DNA of 64,000 bases from Chiloscyllium plagiosum (Eukaryota): NCBI RefSeq assembly GCF_004010195.1, contig NC_057759.1, positions 5,145,047 through 5,209,046 of the forward strand. Reading direction: 5' to 3'. The notes beneath the pieces are model-generated. The model was not told where the DNA came from. It ran no database searches and was given only the letters and a program-made list of their open reading frames with translations. Both the position numbers and the translations under genes were made by a program. Of the stretch, positions 1 through 9,699 are shown piece by piece (position 1 is the stretch's first letter; each line of letters opens with the position of its first letter).

Positions 1-416
1 AGGTGATGAGGTTATGGACGGTCTGGGAGATGATGGTTTGGTGGTGGGGGGTGGGGTCATGGTCAAGGGGACGGTAGGAGGAGGTATCTGCGAGCTGGCG
101 TTTGGCCTCAGCGGTGTAGAGGTCGGTGCGCCAAACTACTACCGTGCCTCCCTTGTCTGCTGGTTTGATAGTGAGGTTGGGGTTGCAACGGAGTGAGTGG
201 AGGGCTGCGCGTTCCGAGGGTGAGAGGTTGGAGTGGGTGAGAGGGGTGGGGGAGTTCAGGTGGCGGTTAATATCGCGGCGGCAGTTTGCTATGAAGAGGT
301 CGAGGGCAGGTAGGAGGCCAGCACGGGGTGTCCAGGTGGATGGGGTGTGTTGGAGGCGGGAGAAGGGGTCGTCAGAGGGTGGGCGAGAGTCTTGGTTAAA
401 GAAGTAGGCACGGAGG
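1..416 (-). mobile_element. Penelope-like element, fragment upstream of the RT core (continues off-window)
   Basis: Minus-strand translation RLRAYFFNQDSRPPSDDPFSRLQHTPSTWTPRAGLLPALDLFIANCRRDINR...LRCNPNLTIKPADKGGTVVVWRTDLYTAEAKRQLADTSSY; KPADKGG-VVVW is the typical Penelope RT N-terminal motif. Confidence 0.85.
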
Positions 417-519
417 CGAAGGGCTGAATGGCCTATTCCTGCTCCTATTTTGTGTGATGCGATGAAAGAAGGGCTTATGCCCGAAACGTCGATTCTCCTG
501 TTCCCAAGATCTGCAGTAA

Positions 520-770
520 CTCAATCAGTTTTTGACTGATGCCAAATGTACTGAGTTAGGGTTGAATGTCAATTAAATCAAGCAAACTAAAGCTAAATGG
601 AGTGAGTTAAAGCTGAAGTTAAGTCAGATGAGGTAAGATATGAATACGTTTTATGTTGAGTGTTGCTATCTGTAAGATTAAATAAAGAAGGATTTGTTGA
701 TTGAACTACTGAGTCAGTTCCCCGCCTTTTGTATGCAAGTTAGCTGAGATGAGTGTCCCCTCAGACAACA
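520..770 (+). repeat. Probable LTR fragment
   Basis: AATAAA at about 681 followed by a U5-like stretch ending ...cagacaaCA; no internal sequence. Confidence 0.35.
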
Positions 771-809
771 TTGCAATTTACAACTGATGACTTTCATTTT
801 GATCCATAC

Positions 810-1138
810 CTGACAAAGTGAGGGTGACTACAGTTGACCCTCTACAGTTGTCAACTACAGTTGACTCACTACAGTTGACAACAGTTGTACTCCTGTGGCA
901 TTTTCAGCACCACAGGAGTACACGGCATCCTCCCCCTCAGATGGCACAGTAACATGGAAAGTGGCTGTCCTGGAGTCAATGACTGTTGTATTACCCAGAA
1001 GCTTGTGGTGATGACGGTACAGCAAGAGGTTTATAGGCAGCCTTCCTCTTTCCGAGGTACACTGGATGGTAAAGTGGTCACCAACGGATATAGTGGAGCC
1101 CTTCACATCTGAGTTGATGGATGGGCAGCTCACTGGAA
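810..1138 (-). pseudogene. FCRL-like gene, Ig exon (FCRL D4/D5-type), disrupted by a 41-bp micro-duplication
   Basis: Acceptor tctctccttcccag|TTCCAGTG at 1139-1140, donor TTGTCAG|gtatgg at 808-809. Encodes PVSCPSINSDVKGSTISVGDHFTIQCTSERGRLPINLLLYR...TATFHVTVPSEGEDAVYSCGAEN (C..C Ig pair, RG-PI motif, D-x-x-Y-x-C-x-A-x-N). Length 329 nt, or 288 nt (phase 1-1) without the duplication; premature TAG at 855-857. Confidence 0.85.
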
Positions 1139-1635
1139 CTGGGAAGGAGAGAGAAGATTCCAGCATTGATTAAAGCCCATGCGACAAAAGTAATGACCTC
1201 ATCACAAATTGCACACATGATTTTTTTCACACAAAGACACATTGCCAGTGGTGAAGGTCCAGAGTTAGATATAAACATCAAATCTTCGGTACAGAAAGAG
1301 GTCATTCGGTCTCTCGAGTATTACCATTCAAAAACAAGCATCTTTCTATTCTAACTCTATTTTCATCAGGATTACTTCTTGGGGCTACAGGGATCAAAGG
1401 GTATGGAGTAAACAGTGAACCAGAGCACTGAGTTGGATGATCAGACTGAATGGTGAAGCAGTCTTCGAAGGGCTGAATGGCCTATTCCTGCTCCTATTTT
1501 GTGTGATGCGATGAAAGAAGGAATCATGTCAGGTTATCTGTTACCTCCAAGATTTCATACATATTAAAACACACACATTCCACATCATTGAGCTATACTG
1601 CCATACCTTAATTTACTAAAGTTTGGTTAACACAA

Positions 1636-2420
1636 TGTGACTTTTATTCACTTACTGTGGCCAGACAGAAAGCTCAAAATGGCAGGTTTATGAAAAACTG
1701 GATAATAAATAAAGCACGCTGGGAAATCTAGCCAGACAGTGACCAAAGTATCGCATAAAAGCACTGAAATAAACAAGCTACAAACCCAGACAGACTGTAG
1801 CTGCAGATAGTATAATATACAATTCACACAGCCCATTCCCTTAAAAATAGGGTTCTTTTCCAGAACAAAGAGGTTTCTCACACCCTTATTTAGGAAAGGC
1901 TACCTGACCTCCATGCCCCCAACGCTTAGAAATGGAGGCCTAAGGACCACCTACCATCAACACTAACGCCTGATTGGGCCCGATTGATCAGGGTGATCAA
2001 GCTCTGATCGATCTATTTGTCGGCATTAAAGACCCTCCTAAAGAGATAAAAACACTTCTAGGTATTATAATCACCATAACACAACCCTCAGGAGTGGTAG
2101 CTCAAGACAAAGAAACATAAAAAGAAGATGACCCTTGGACCACCAGAAGAAGAAGACCAAATGATCATTGCCACATGGATGAAGGCTAATATCTAGTGTG
2201 GTGCTATTTGTACATTCAAAGTTAAAGATTTCAGATAATTAATTAAACTTACAGCATTAATTATTAGTTTATAGTGTATTGTTATTGTAGTATTAGCTGT
2301 GTTGAAATTGATAAAAAGTCATTTCTTATTAATGTCGACCTGCAGTTCTTTGCTGAACATAAAAGTCAAACTGCACTGTGTGGCAGACGCAAGAAATTGG
2401 CGACTCTGGTGGGACTCGAA
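1636..2420 (+). mobile_element. LTR followed by a tRNA-Arg(TCT) primer-binding site; internal region lost
   Basis: Starts TGTGA; 3' end (cagttctttgctga...tgtggcagacgcaaga) resembles the solo LTR at 36124-36913. TGGCGACTCTGGTGGGACTCGAA (2398-2420) is complementary to the 3' end, including CCA, of vertebrate tRNA-Arg(TCT). Confidence 0.7.
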
Positions 2421-2514
2421 AAGAAGTTACTTTGTTGTTGCAAAATTGAACCCATGGAACCTAATATTCCCTAATTTTTTGCCTGTGCCTGAATTAAGAG
2501 GACAAAATCACACA

Positions 2515-2785
2515 TGCACTGCTGCCTCACAGCACCATGGTCCCAGGTTCGATTCCAGCCTCGGGCAACTGTCTGTGTGGAGTTTGCACATTCTCACTGT
2601 GTCTGCGTGGGTTTCCTCCCACAGTCCAAAGATGTGCAGGTTAGGTGAATTGGTCATGCTAAATTACCTGTAGAGTTAGGTGCATTAGTTAGGGGGAAAT
2701 GGGTCTGGGTGGGTTACTCTTCAGAGGGTCGGAGTGGACTAGTTGGGGCGAAGGGCCTGTTTCCACACAGTAGAGAATCTAATAA
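2515..2785 (+). mobile_element. HE1-type tRNA-derived SINE (5'-truncated)
   Basis: gcactgctgcctcacagcacc...ggttcgattcc (B-box)...tgtgtggagtttgcac...cacagtccaaagatgtgcagg...gaagggcctgtttccacac tail; matches copies at 5548 and 57927. Confidence 0.85.
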
Positions 2786-3139
2786 AAATGGTTGGGAATT
2801 CAAGTTCAGGCAAGATGTGCAGCAGTATGCCATGTGAACAGAGAATTGTGGTTCTCCACTAGCCTTCCCAGAGGATCCAACCTTTTTTCTATTTCAAAAT
2901 ATACTTTATTCATAGAAATAAATCTTTGGTATTTGTACAATTTGTCATGTTGTTCATAGATATATACATTGCATGTCTTAAACATTACAAAGAACAGATT
3001 GAATTCCTCGAATTTACAGTTATCCTATTAACCATCCAGTCTCTTGTTATTTAGCTGTGGCTTCAGCAGAACCCACCTACTGAGTGGGTGCCCTGTTATA
3101 CTATAGCAAATGAACCTTTTTTAATCCCAGTTTATGGGG

Positions 3140-4586
3140 TTACCGTTGTCCATTTGACTGTCCTGTCTCTGGGGTAGCTGTCTGCATCCCCATGGTGAGC
3201 ACGAACTGCTGGACCCTCGCTGGGCTGAGGTAGCTATCCAGGCTCTCACTGGGGTCATTTACCTGCTCTGGAGTCATTGAGCCAAGGCAAAGGTCCGCAC
3301 CATCCAGTTCTGTGTCTGACAATGGGACTATCAGAGGATCGCAGCTCTCAGTTGTCTGTGGTTGTGGGGGAGTGGGTACCCCCTGGTTCTCACTGGGTGG
3401 AGGGTGGACTTCGGGGGGTCCGTTGTTTCCTGGTTGGGAGGAAATGCCCTCCTCTTCATCTACGGCGCTCTGTCTCTTCTTCTGGTGGTGATGACATTCT
3501 TTGCACCAGTCTTCACCATCCGAAGAGCTGGCCGTCCCTCCCTCGTGCAGCTGTCTTTTCCCCCTTTGCTGGGAGGCTTTGGGGGCCTGGCAGGATTTTC
3601 TCTTCCTGTTTTTAACAGGTATCCACTCCTCTGCCTGCTCGATTACCTTCTCCTCCATTGCTTCCATCTGTCCAGCTAGAGCTAGGATCAGCTGCTGTGT
3701 CTCTCCACTGTCTGCCGCCTCCTCTACTCCAGCCTGTTCTTCTTTCTAGATGCCACCAGACTCCGTTTCTCTGCTGTCTGGGTGCACCTTACTGGTCTTT
3801 GGGGGTCCACGGTTCACATTGCTACCTCCAGCCATCTGTGCGTAAGTGCCCCCCCCCCCACCGTCTTGGGCAGGTCTTGTACATGTGGCCCGCCTCTCCG
3901 CACAGGTTGCAGCTCTTTGCTTCCTGACAGTCCTTAGTCAGGTGACCCTCCTGTTTGCAGTTCCTGCAGATGGTCACCTTGCAGTCCGCCGCCACGTGTC
4001 CCGACTTCCCGCAGGTTCGGCACACTTTCGGCTGCCCTGTATATGTCAGGTAGCCTCTGTTCCCTCCAATTGCGAAGCTCGAGAGTGGGTGAAGAATGTT
4101 CCCATTGCCATCGACCCTCAGAGTCACCCTGACCTGCCGCTTACTGGTCCAGATTCCAAAGGGGTCAATCACATCGGTGGCTTCTCCCTCAACTTGGACG
4201 TACCTTCCCAGGAAGGTCAGGACATCAGCCGCTGGAACATAGGGGTTGTACATATGGATTGTAACAACCCGATTCCTCTGTGCAGGAAGCACACACAATG
4301 GGGTTGCCGACAAGATGGAAAACAGCGGCTCCCCTTCCTTCTCCTTGAAGACATTCAGGAGCTGTTCGCACTGCTACACACTCCTGAAGGTCACATCAAA
4401 GTAGCCTGCCCCAGGGAAATCTTGCAGGCAGTACACATCTGCTGCAGCGAACCCACAGCATCCCAGCAGCACTTTCTTGATAAACAGCATGCGGTCAAGC
4501 GGCGTACGATCCTCTATCTTCTTCACAGTCACCCGGACGGTGTTTTGAACCCCCTGCCCAGGTCTGCGGGCAGCTGTTGAGGCCAT
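3140..4586 (-). pseudogene. Tx1-clade ORF1 (ZCCHC3-like RRM-type region plus three CCHC zinc knuckles), decayed
   Basis: MASTAARRPGQGVQNTVRVTV...YCLQDFPGAGYFDVTFRS*...VVTIHMYNPYVP...DPFGIWTSKRQV...YTGQPKV-CRTCGKSGHVAADC-KVTI-CRNCKQEGHLTKDC-QEAKS-CNLCGEAGHMYKTC, then TYAQ and an acidic/basic tail. In-frame TAGs at 4374-4376 and about 3747, and a frameshift in the G-run at about 3849-3859. Confidence 0.88.
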
Positions 4587-4744
4587 GGCTCTGAGGTTGG
4601 CTGGTCCCTGAATTGGCGTTAGGCCGAAGCCAGCATGAAGATCCACCAATAGCAGGTCAGCACAACCAGACGATCCTCCAACGTCCAATCACGATCCAGC
4701 GATTATCTCCACTAGCTCTGATGACTCGCAACTCGACCCCTGTC

Positions 4745-4789
4745 CTGATAAGAACAGATACTACACTAGCCAAAAGGCCGAGAAGCGAT
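4745..4789 (-). ncRNA. U2: U2 snRNA 5' fragment (nt 1-52 with a 7-nt deletion), head of the retroposon, not a functional gene
   Basis: Reverse complement reads ATCGCTTCTCGGCCTTTTGGCTA-GTGTAGTATCTGTTCTTATCAG versus canonical U2 ATCGCTTCTCGGCCTTTTGGCTAAGATCAAGTGTAGTATCTGTTCTTATCAG. Confidence 0.93.
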
Positions 4790-5129
4790 CCTGTTTAGCA
4801 CTCCCGGAGATAGCCCCTGTTGTAGTGAACGTTGATTACCACTGAAAGACAGGTCAGGGACACCGATGCCCCACTGTTAACATACACTAACCCATTTACA
4901 GTCTTGTAATTAGCGGAATTTGCTAAAAAGATTTCAGAATTTGAGCCATCTGCACATCCACATGTATTGTCTGTAGTCAGGCAACAGAAAGCTTTTAATG
5001 GATTAGATGAGACAGGAAGAGAAGGTAAAACTCATTGTAATGTGTTTGAGCCAGTCAGTACGATCTGCAACTGCAGTCTCTGGACGTAGGGAAACGATCC
5101 CAAGCCGCCGTGAAAGAAGTGATTCTCAC

Positions 5130-5424
5130 AGCAGTTGGGTACAATAAACGAGACCCCATTGACGGGCTAAACTAGTGCAGTCAAAAGAAGAGAGAACAGC
5201 CTCCAGCCCACCAATCATTCATATGTATATTTCTCGTGAGTGTATGGGGATTTAAACAGGGATCTGTTACCTGAGGCTGATTTAATGAAGTGGACTAGGA
5301 CTCTAATTTCATATGCCACTGAAGAGAGCAGGAAGACGTGTGAGCTTCAGTCCTTCAGAGCCAACCCACAATGAGGTGGGTTCTGAGGAGAATGTCTCTA
5401 ATGTGGGGAAATGAAGCACATGAA
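5130..5424 (-). pseudogene. FCRL-like gene, probable decayed Ig exon (FcR D3-type); 3' boundary uncertain
   Basis: Strong polypyrimidine acceptor (ttttcccttctttccctgttttatttctgtttag) at 5425-5426, phase 1. Reads HVLHFPTLETFSSEPTSLWVGSEGLKLTR, with CGT where the B-strand Cys TGT is expected, then a shifted frame YEIRVLVHFIKSASGNRSLFKSPYTHEKYTYE. No intact second Cys or donor found. Confidence 0.5.
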
Positions 5425-5547
5425 CTAAACAGAAATAAAACAGGGAAAGAAGGGAAAATACTTCTTTCCTGAGTCTCAATCCAGTATGGAGTTTGAACGA
5501 AGAGGAGGTAATTGTTATCAAAGGAACCCAGCAATAGGGAGCAACGT

Positions 5548-5863
5548 GGGCGGCACGGTGGCACAGTGGTTAGCACTGCTGCCTCACAGTGCCAGAGACC
5601 CCGGTTCAATTCCCGCCTCAGGCGACTGACTGTGTGGAGTTTGCACGTTCTCCCCGTGTCTGTGTGGGTTTCCTCCGGGTGCTCCGGTTTCCTCCCACAG
5701 TCCAAAGATGTGCAGGTCAGGTGAATTGGCCATGCTAAATTGCCCATAGTGTTAGGTAAGGGATACATGTAGGGGTATGGGTGGGTTGCGCTTCAGCGGG
5801 TCGGTATGGACTTGTTGGGCCGAAGGGCCTGTTTCCACACTGTAAGTAATCTAATCTAATCTA
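5548..5863 (+). mobile_element. HE1-type tRNA-derived SINE, full length
   Basis: gggcggcacggtggcacagtggttagc (A-box)...ggttcaattcc (B-box), conserved core, (TCTAA)n tail. Confidence 0.9.
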
Positions 5864-6894
5864 ATAGAAAGACACAACAGGGGAACATGTGGCAGCCAGT
5901 GTGGTGCTACCACTGCAGGCAGATAGGACACTATGCTCGAGAATGTGGAGTCTATGTGTGGGAGGCGCAACTTTATTTTATTTGTCCTTACAGAAGAAAG
6001 GTAACAATGGTTGATCAACCTTACTAGCACTGAAAACTCCAACTAACAGTAATACACTTAACTAATTTCTAATAAACCTCACTTGAACTCTTTGTCCCTT
6101 ACAGACACTACTTTATTTTCTACTTATGGATGTGTGTGCGACTGGCTGTGCCCTGCATTAATCACCCTAGTCTCCAGTTGCAGTCAATGTGCTTTAGGTA
6201 GGCCCCATGACCTTTGGGAGGTAATTTCAGGATGTCGACCTAGCGACACTAAAGGAACAGTTGATATATTTCTAAGTCAGGATGTTGAGTGGATTGGAGG
6301 GTAAAATTCTAGGAGTGGTGTTCCCATGTATCTCCTGTCCTTGCCCTTCCAGAAGGAAGTGGTCATGGGTTTGGAAATTCTTTCTGAGGAACTTTGGTGA
6401 ATTTTGCAGGTGGCACACATTGCTTAGACTGAGCATTGATGATGGAGGGAGTGGATGTTTGTGGATGTGGTGCCAATCAAGTGGGAGCTACTTTATCCTG
6501 GATGGTGTTGAGCTTCTCAGGGTTATCAGGGCTGCATCCAGACAAGTGGGGAGTATTGATATGGCAAGTCCAGTTCGGTTTTTAGTCAATAGGAATACAC
6601 AGGACTTTGGTTGTGGGGAGACTCAATAATGGTATTACAGAATGGTCAAGGGGCTGATGGTTAGATTCTCTCTCTCAATGGTTACCCCCAGAATGTTGAT
6701 GGTGAAGGGACTCAGTGATAGTAACACTATTGAACATCAAGAGGCGATGGTTAGAATCTTTCTTATTACAGATGGTGTTTGCGTGGTGCAGATGTTACTT
6801 GCCACTTGTCAACACAAGTCTAGGTATTATCCAGATCTTGCTACATTTTGACGCAGACTGCTTCTGTACCTGAGGCATGTGGAATGGAACTGAA

Positions 6895-7700
6895 GAATAG
6901 AATCATAGAGATGAACAGCACAGAAACAAACACTTCAATCAAACTCAACCATGCCGACCAGATACCCTAAATTAATCTGATTTGCCAGCACTTGGATCAT
7001 ATCCCTCTAAACCTTTCCCATTCATGTATCCATCCAGATGCCTTTTAAATGTTGTAAATTAACCTGTCCTTACCACTCCCTCTGGCAGCTCATTCCGTGC
7101 ATGCAACATCCTTTGTGTAAAAACAAAATGCCCCTTAGATCCATTTTAAATCTGTCTTGTTTCACCTTAATTCTATTCCCTCTAAGTTTGGACTCCCCTA
7201 CCCTTGGAGAAAAGACCTTTTCTATTCACCCTATCCATGCCACTCATGTTTTTTATAAACCTCCAAATTTTACGAAACTCAGTCTTAACCAATCCAGGGA
7301 AAATAGCCCTCGTCTATTCAGCATTTCCCTATTCCTCAAAACCTCCAACCCTGGCAAGATCCTTGTATATCTTTTCCCAAAACCTTTCAAACTTAACAAC
7401 ATCTCTCCTACAGCAAGAAGACCAGAATTGAATGCAGTATTACAAAAAGAAAATGGCCTAACTAATGTCCTGTACAGCGAGAATATTACATCCCAATTCT
7501 TATACTCAATGCACTCACCAAGTGCATGTAAGTGTACCAAACACCACCTTCTTCACTATCCTGTCCGCCTGCAACTTCACTTTCAAGGAATTGTGAACCT
7601 GCACCCCTCAGTCTCTTTGTGAGGCAATATTCCCCTGGATACTACCACTAAGTGCATAAATCCTGCCCTGATTTGCCTTACCAAAATTCAACACCACACT
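6895..7700 (-). mobile_element. CR1 LINE 3' fragment
   Basis: Minus-strand remnant IEYKNWDVIFSLYRTLVRP...TRILPGLE...LNRRGLFSL typical of CR1 ORF2 C-terminus; (ctctatga)-type tail. Confidence 0.8.
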
Positions 7701-7719
7701 TTATCTAATATTTATCCAA

Positions 7720-8300
7720 TTTGGAATACATTGAACTGTTCTGGGTCCCTGTATCTGAGAAAATATAGTCTGGGAAGTGAGGCAGTGCAGAGAAGATTCA
7801 CTCAGCTGATCCTGGATATGGAGGGACTGTCTGATGAGGAAAAGCTTGAGTAGGTCAGGTCTATCCTGGTTTGAGTTCAGAAAAATGAGAGGAGACCTCA
7901 TTGAACATTCTTAGAGGGACTTGAAAAGGGAGACTGAGAGAAATTGTTTCCCCTTGTGTGGGAGAGTCTAGGACCAGACGAGCATTGTCTCAGAATAAAT
8001 GAGGTTGCCCATTGAAGATGGAAATGGGGAGGAATTTATTTTCTGTGAGGGAGCTAATCAGTGGGATTCTTTACTGCTCAGAGGTGTTGAGTTTGGCTCA
8101 CTGAGTATATTCAAGTGGAGATAAAGAGATTTTTAATCAGGAAGGGGAATCGATGGTGATGGGTGGGTGAGCATTTGGGTGGGGTGGGGGGTATGACATG
8201 AATGTGGAGTCGAGGATGATTAGATCAGAAATGCTCCCATTTTACAGCAGCAGGATTCTATGGGCTGAATGGTGTACTCCCACTTCTACATCTTTTGGTC
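7720..8300 (+). mobile_element. CR1 LINE 3' fragment
   Basis: Degenerate ggaatac..gaactgttctgg...gcagtgcagagaagattcact...ggctgaatgg..tactcc, CR1 3' end. Confidence 0.65.
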
Positions 8301-8836
8301 TTCACATTGTGAAAACAGTCGAGTTACATGCACCGTACATATGCCAAATGCTTGCAGAGAGTTGGGCCAAATTTCACAGTAAGAGATCCCTCACAGCCAA
8401 ATGATCACCAGTTAGAAACTGGTCCAGGGATCAGAGCAGAGATGAATGTTGGTGATCTATCAATTATAGAACACTCCACATGAAATTAACCCTCATCCCC
8501 AGCAGCTAAATTTGGAGAGTAAAACTGGGACTATTCCAACGGCAATAAAAGATGACATGAAGATATCGGTCAACCTGAGAAACCTATTATGACGAATAGT
8601 CTTGGACTGGTATGCAACCTCTGTGTCAACCAATATGTCCCATCTCTTCCATTGCCAATGCCAATTTGTTCCACCTTGAGTTCAAACTCTTGCAAATTGT
8701 CCTAATCTGTTTCAAGACTAGAAACGAAAGACACCATTTCCATTTAGCCAGATCAGCCCTCGTGAACCATGGTTTCGATCCCATGTTAGCCTTCCCCCAC
8801 ACCTCCCACCGCACTATGGCCACTCGGTTTACTCAC

Positions 8837-9103
8837 TCTGGACAGTGACTTCCACCCGGAGGGACATGAATGTCGAAAGGTTCTGGGAAACCATGCAGCG
8901 GTACCATCCTGAATCCATTAGGGTCGCTTGTTGGATGTGATAGATATTGTGAGATTCAGAATCAGAGCTTACGATGGTTTCGTTTCTGTGGAAAGAAATT
9001 TGTCCTCTCCCACACAGGTGATCCTGGGCACAGGTACAATTCAGTATGATGGAATCACCGGCTCTCTGCAGCCTGGGATTCACCTGCAATATCACTGGAC
9101 TTT
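8837..9103 (-). CDS. FCRL-like gene, Ig exon (FcR D2-type), open
   Basis: Acceptor gtcaatttcag|AAAGTCCA at 9104-9105, donor CAGA|gtgagt at 8835-8836; 267 nt, phase 1-1. ESPVILQVNPRLQRAGDSIILNC...ISFHRN...YHIQQATLMDSGWYRC...VEVTVQ. Confidence 0.9.
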
Positions 9104-9210
9104 CTGAAATTGACAGAGAGGTTAAAATGTTTTGTGATGTAAACCATAAGATTTTGATTAATCATTTTCAATGTCTGTTCTTTGGATACCTGCTTCACAT
9201 TTGAAGTGAG

Positions 9211-9419
9211 TGTGACGATGTCAGCCGGGTGGAACATATAGAATATGAGTTCCCTGATTGGGGCTGTTAACCTGGTCAAATCAGAGAGTCCTGGCTGAAA
9301 GATGTAAACAGTGGTGGCAGGGATTTAGGAGCCAGCTCTGAGCTAGCTGGATCCCTGTACTATACATAAGTAATTAAAGGGTGACTTGACTGAATACCAG
9401 CCTCTGTCGACTTATTTCA
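9211..9419 (+). repeat. Short LTR-like repeat (related inverted copy at about 34600-34800)
   Basis: TG...CA ends; shares gagttccctgattggggctg core with the reverse complement of about 34735-34755. Confidence 0.45.
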
Positions 9420-9699
9420 GCAGCAGTTAACTGATGCATTTTCATCTCTGCATTTGATGTTAATCATTAACTCACAGGTATTTCTGACACCATTCCATCT
9501 AAAATCAGTTAGAATATAGACTGAATAGCTTTATGTATTTACATAGAACATAGAACATTACAGCGCAGTACGGGCCCTTCAGTCCTCGATGTTGCGCCGA
9601 CCTGTCATACCAATCTGAAGCCCATCTAACCTACACTATTCCATGTACGTCCATATGCTTTTCCATTTAGATTGCTTTTTGTTGGAATGATAGGTAGTG

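Larger units (their letters stand above)
2882..4789 (-). mobile_element. Non-autonomous ORF1-only Tx1/Keno-type non-LTR retroposon with a U2 snRNA head
   Basis: Minus strand order: U2 nt 1-52 head, about 160-nt 5'UTR, ORF1 (4586-3140), about 250-nt 3'UTR with no endonuclease/RT, then AATAAA-gtatattttgaaatagAAAAAA end. Confidence 0.85.

Noticed and set aside
2870..2882. Target-site duplication for the U2-headed element
   Set aside because: Only cc or gatcc is shared between the flanks, too short to call.
3846..4580. 244-aa plus-strand ORF
   Set aside because: Antisense shadow of the retroelement ORF1 with no recognisable motifs.
3140..4586. Host ZCCHC3 gene
   Set aside because: Two stops and a frameshift, a U2 head and an A-rich tail indicate a retroelement ORF1, not the domesticated mammalian gene.
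4745..4789. Functional U2 snRNA gene
   Set aside because: Only 45 nt with an internal deletion; no Sm site, 3' stems or recognisable PSE/3' box.
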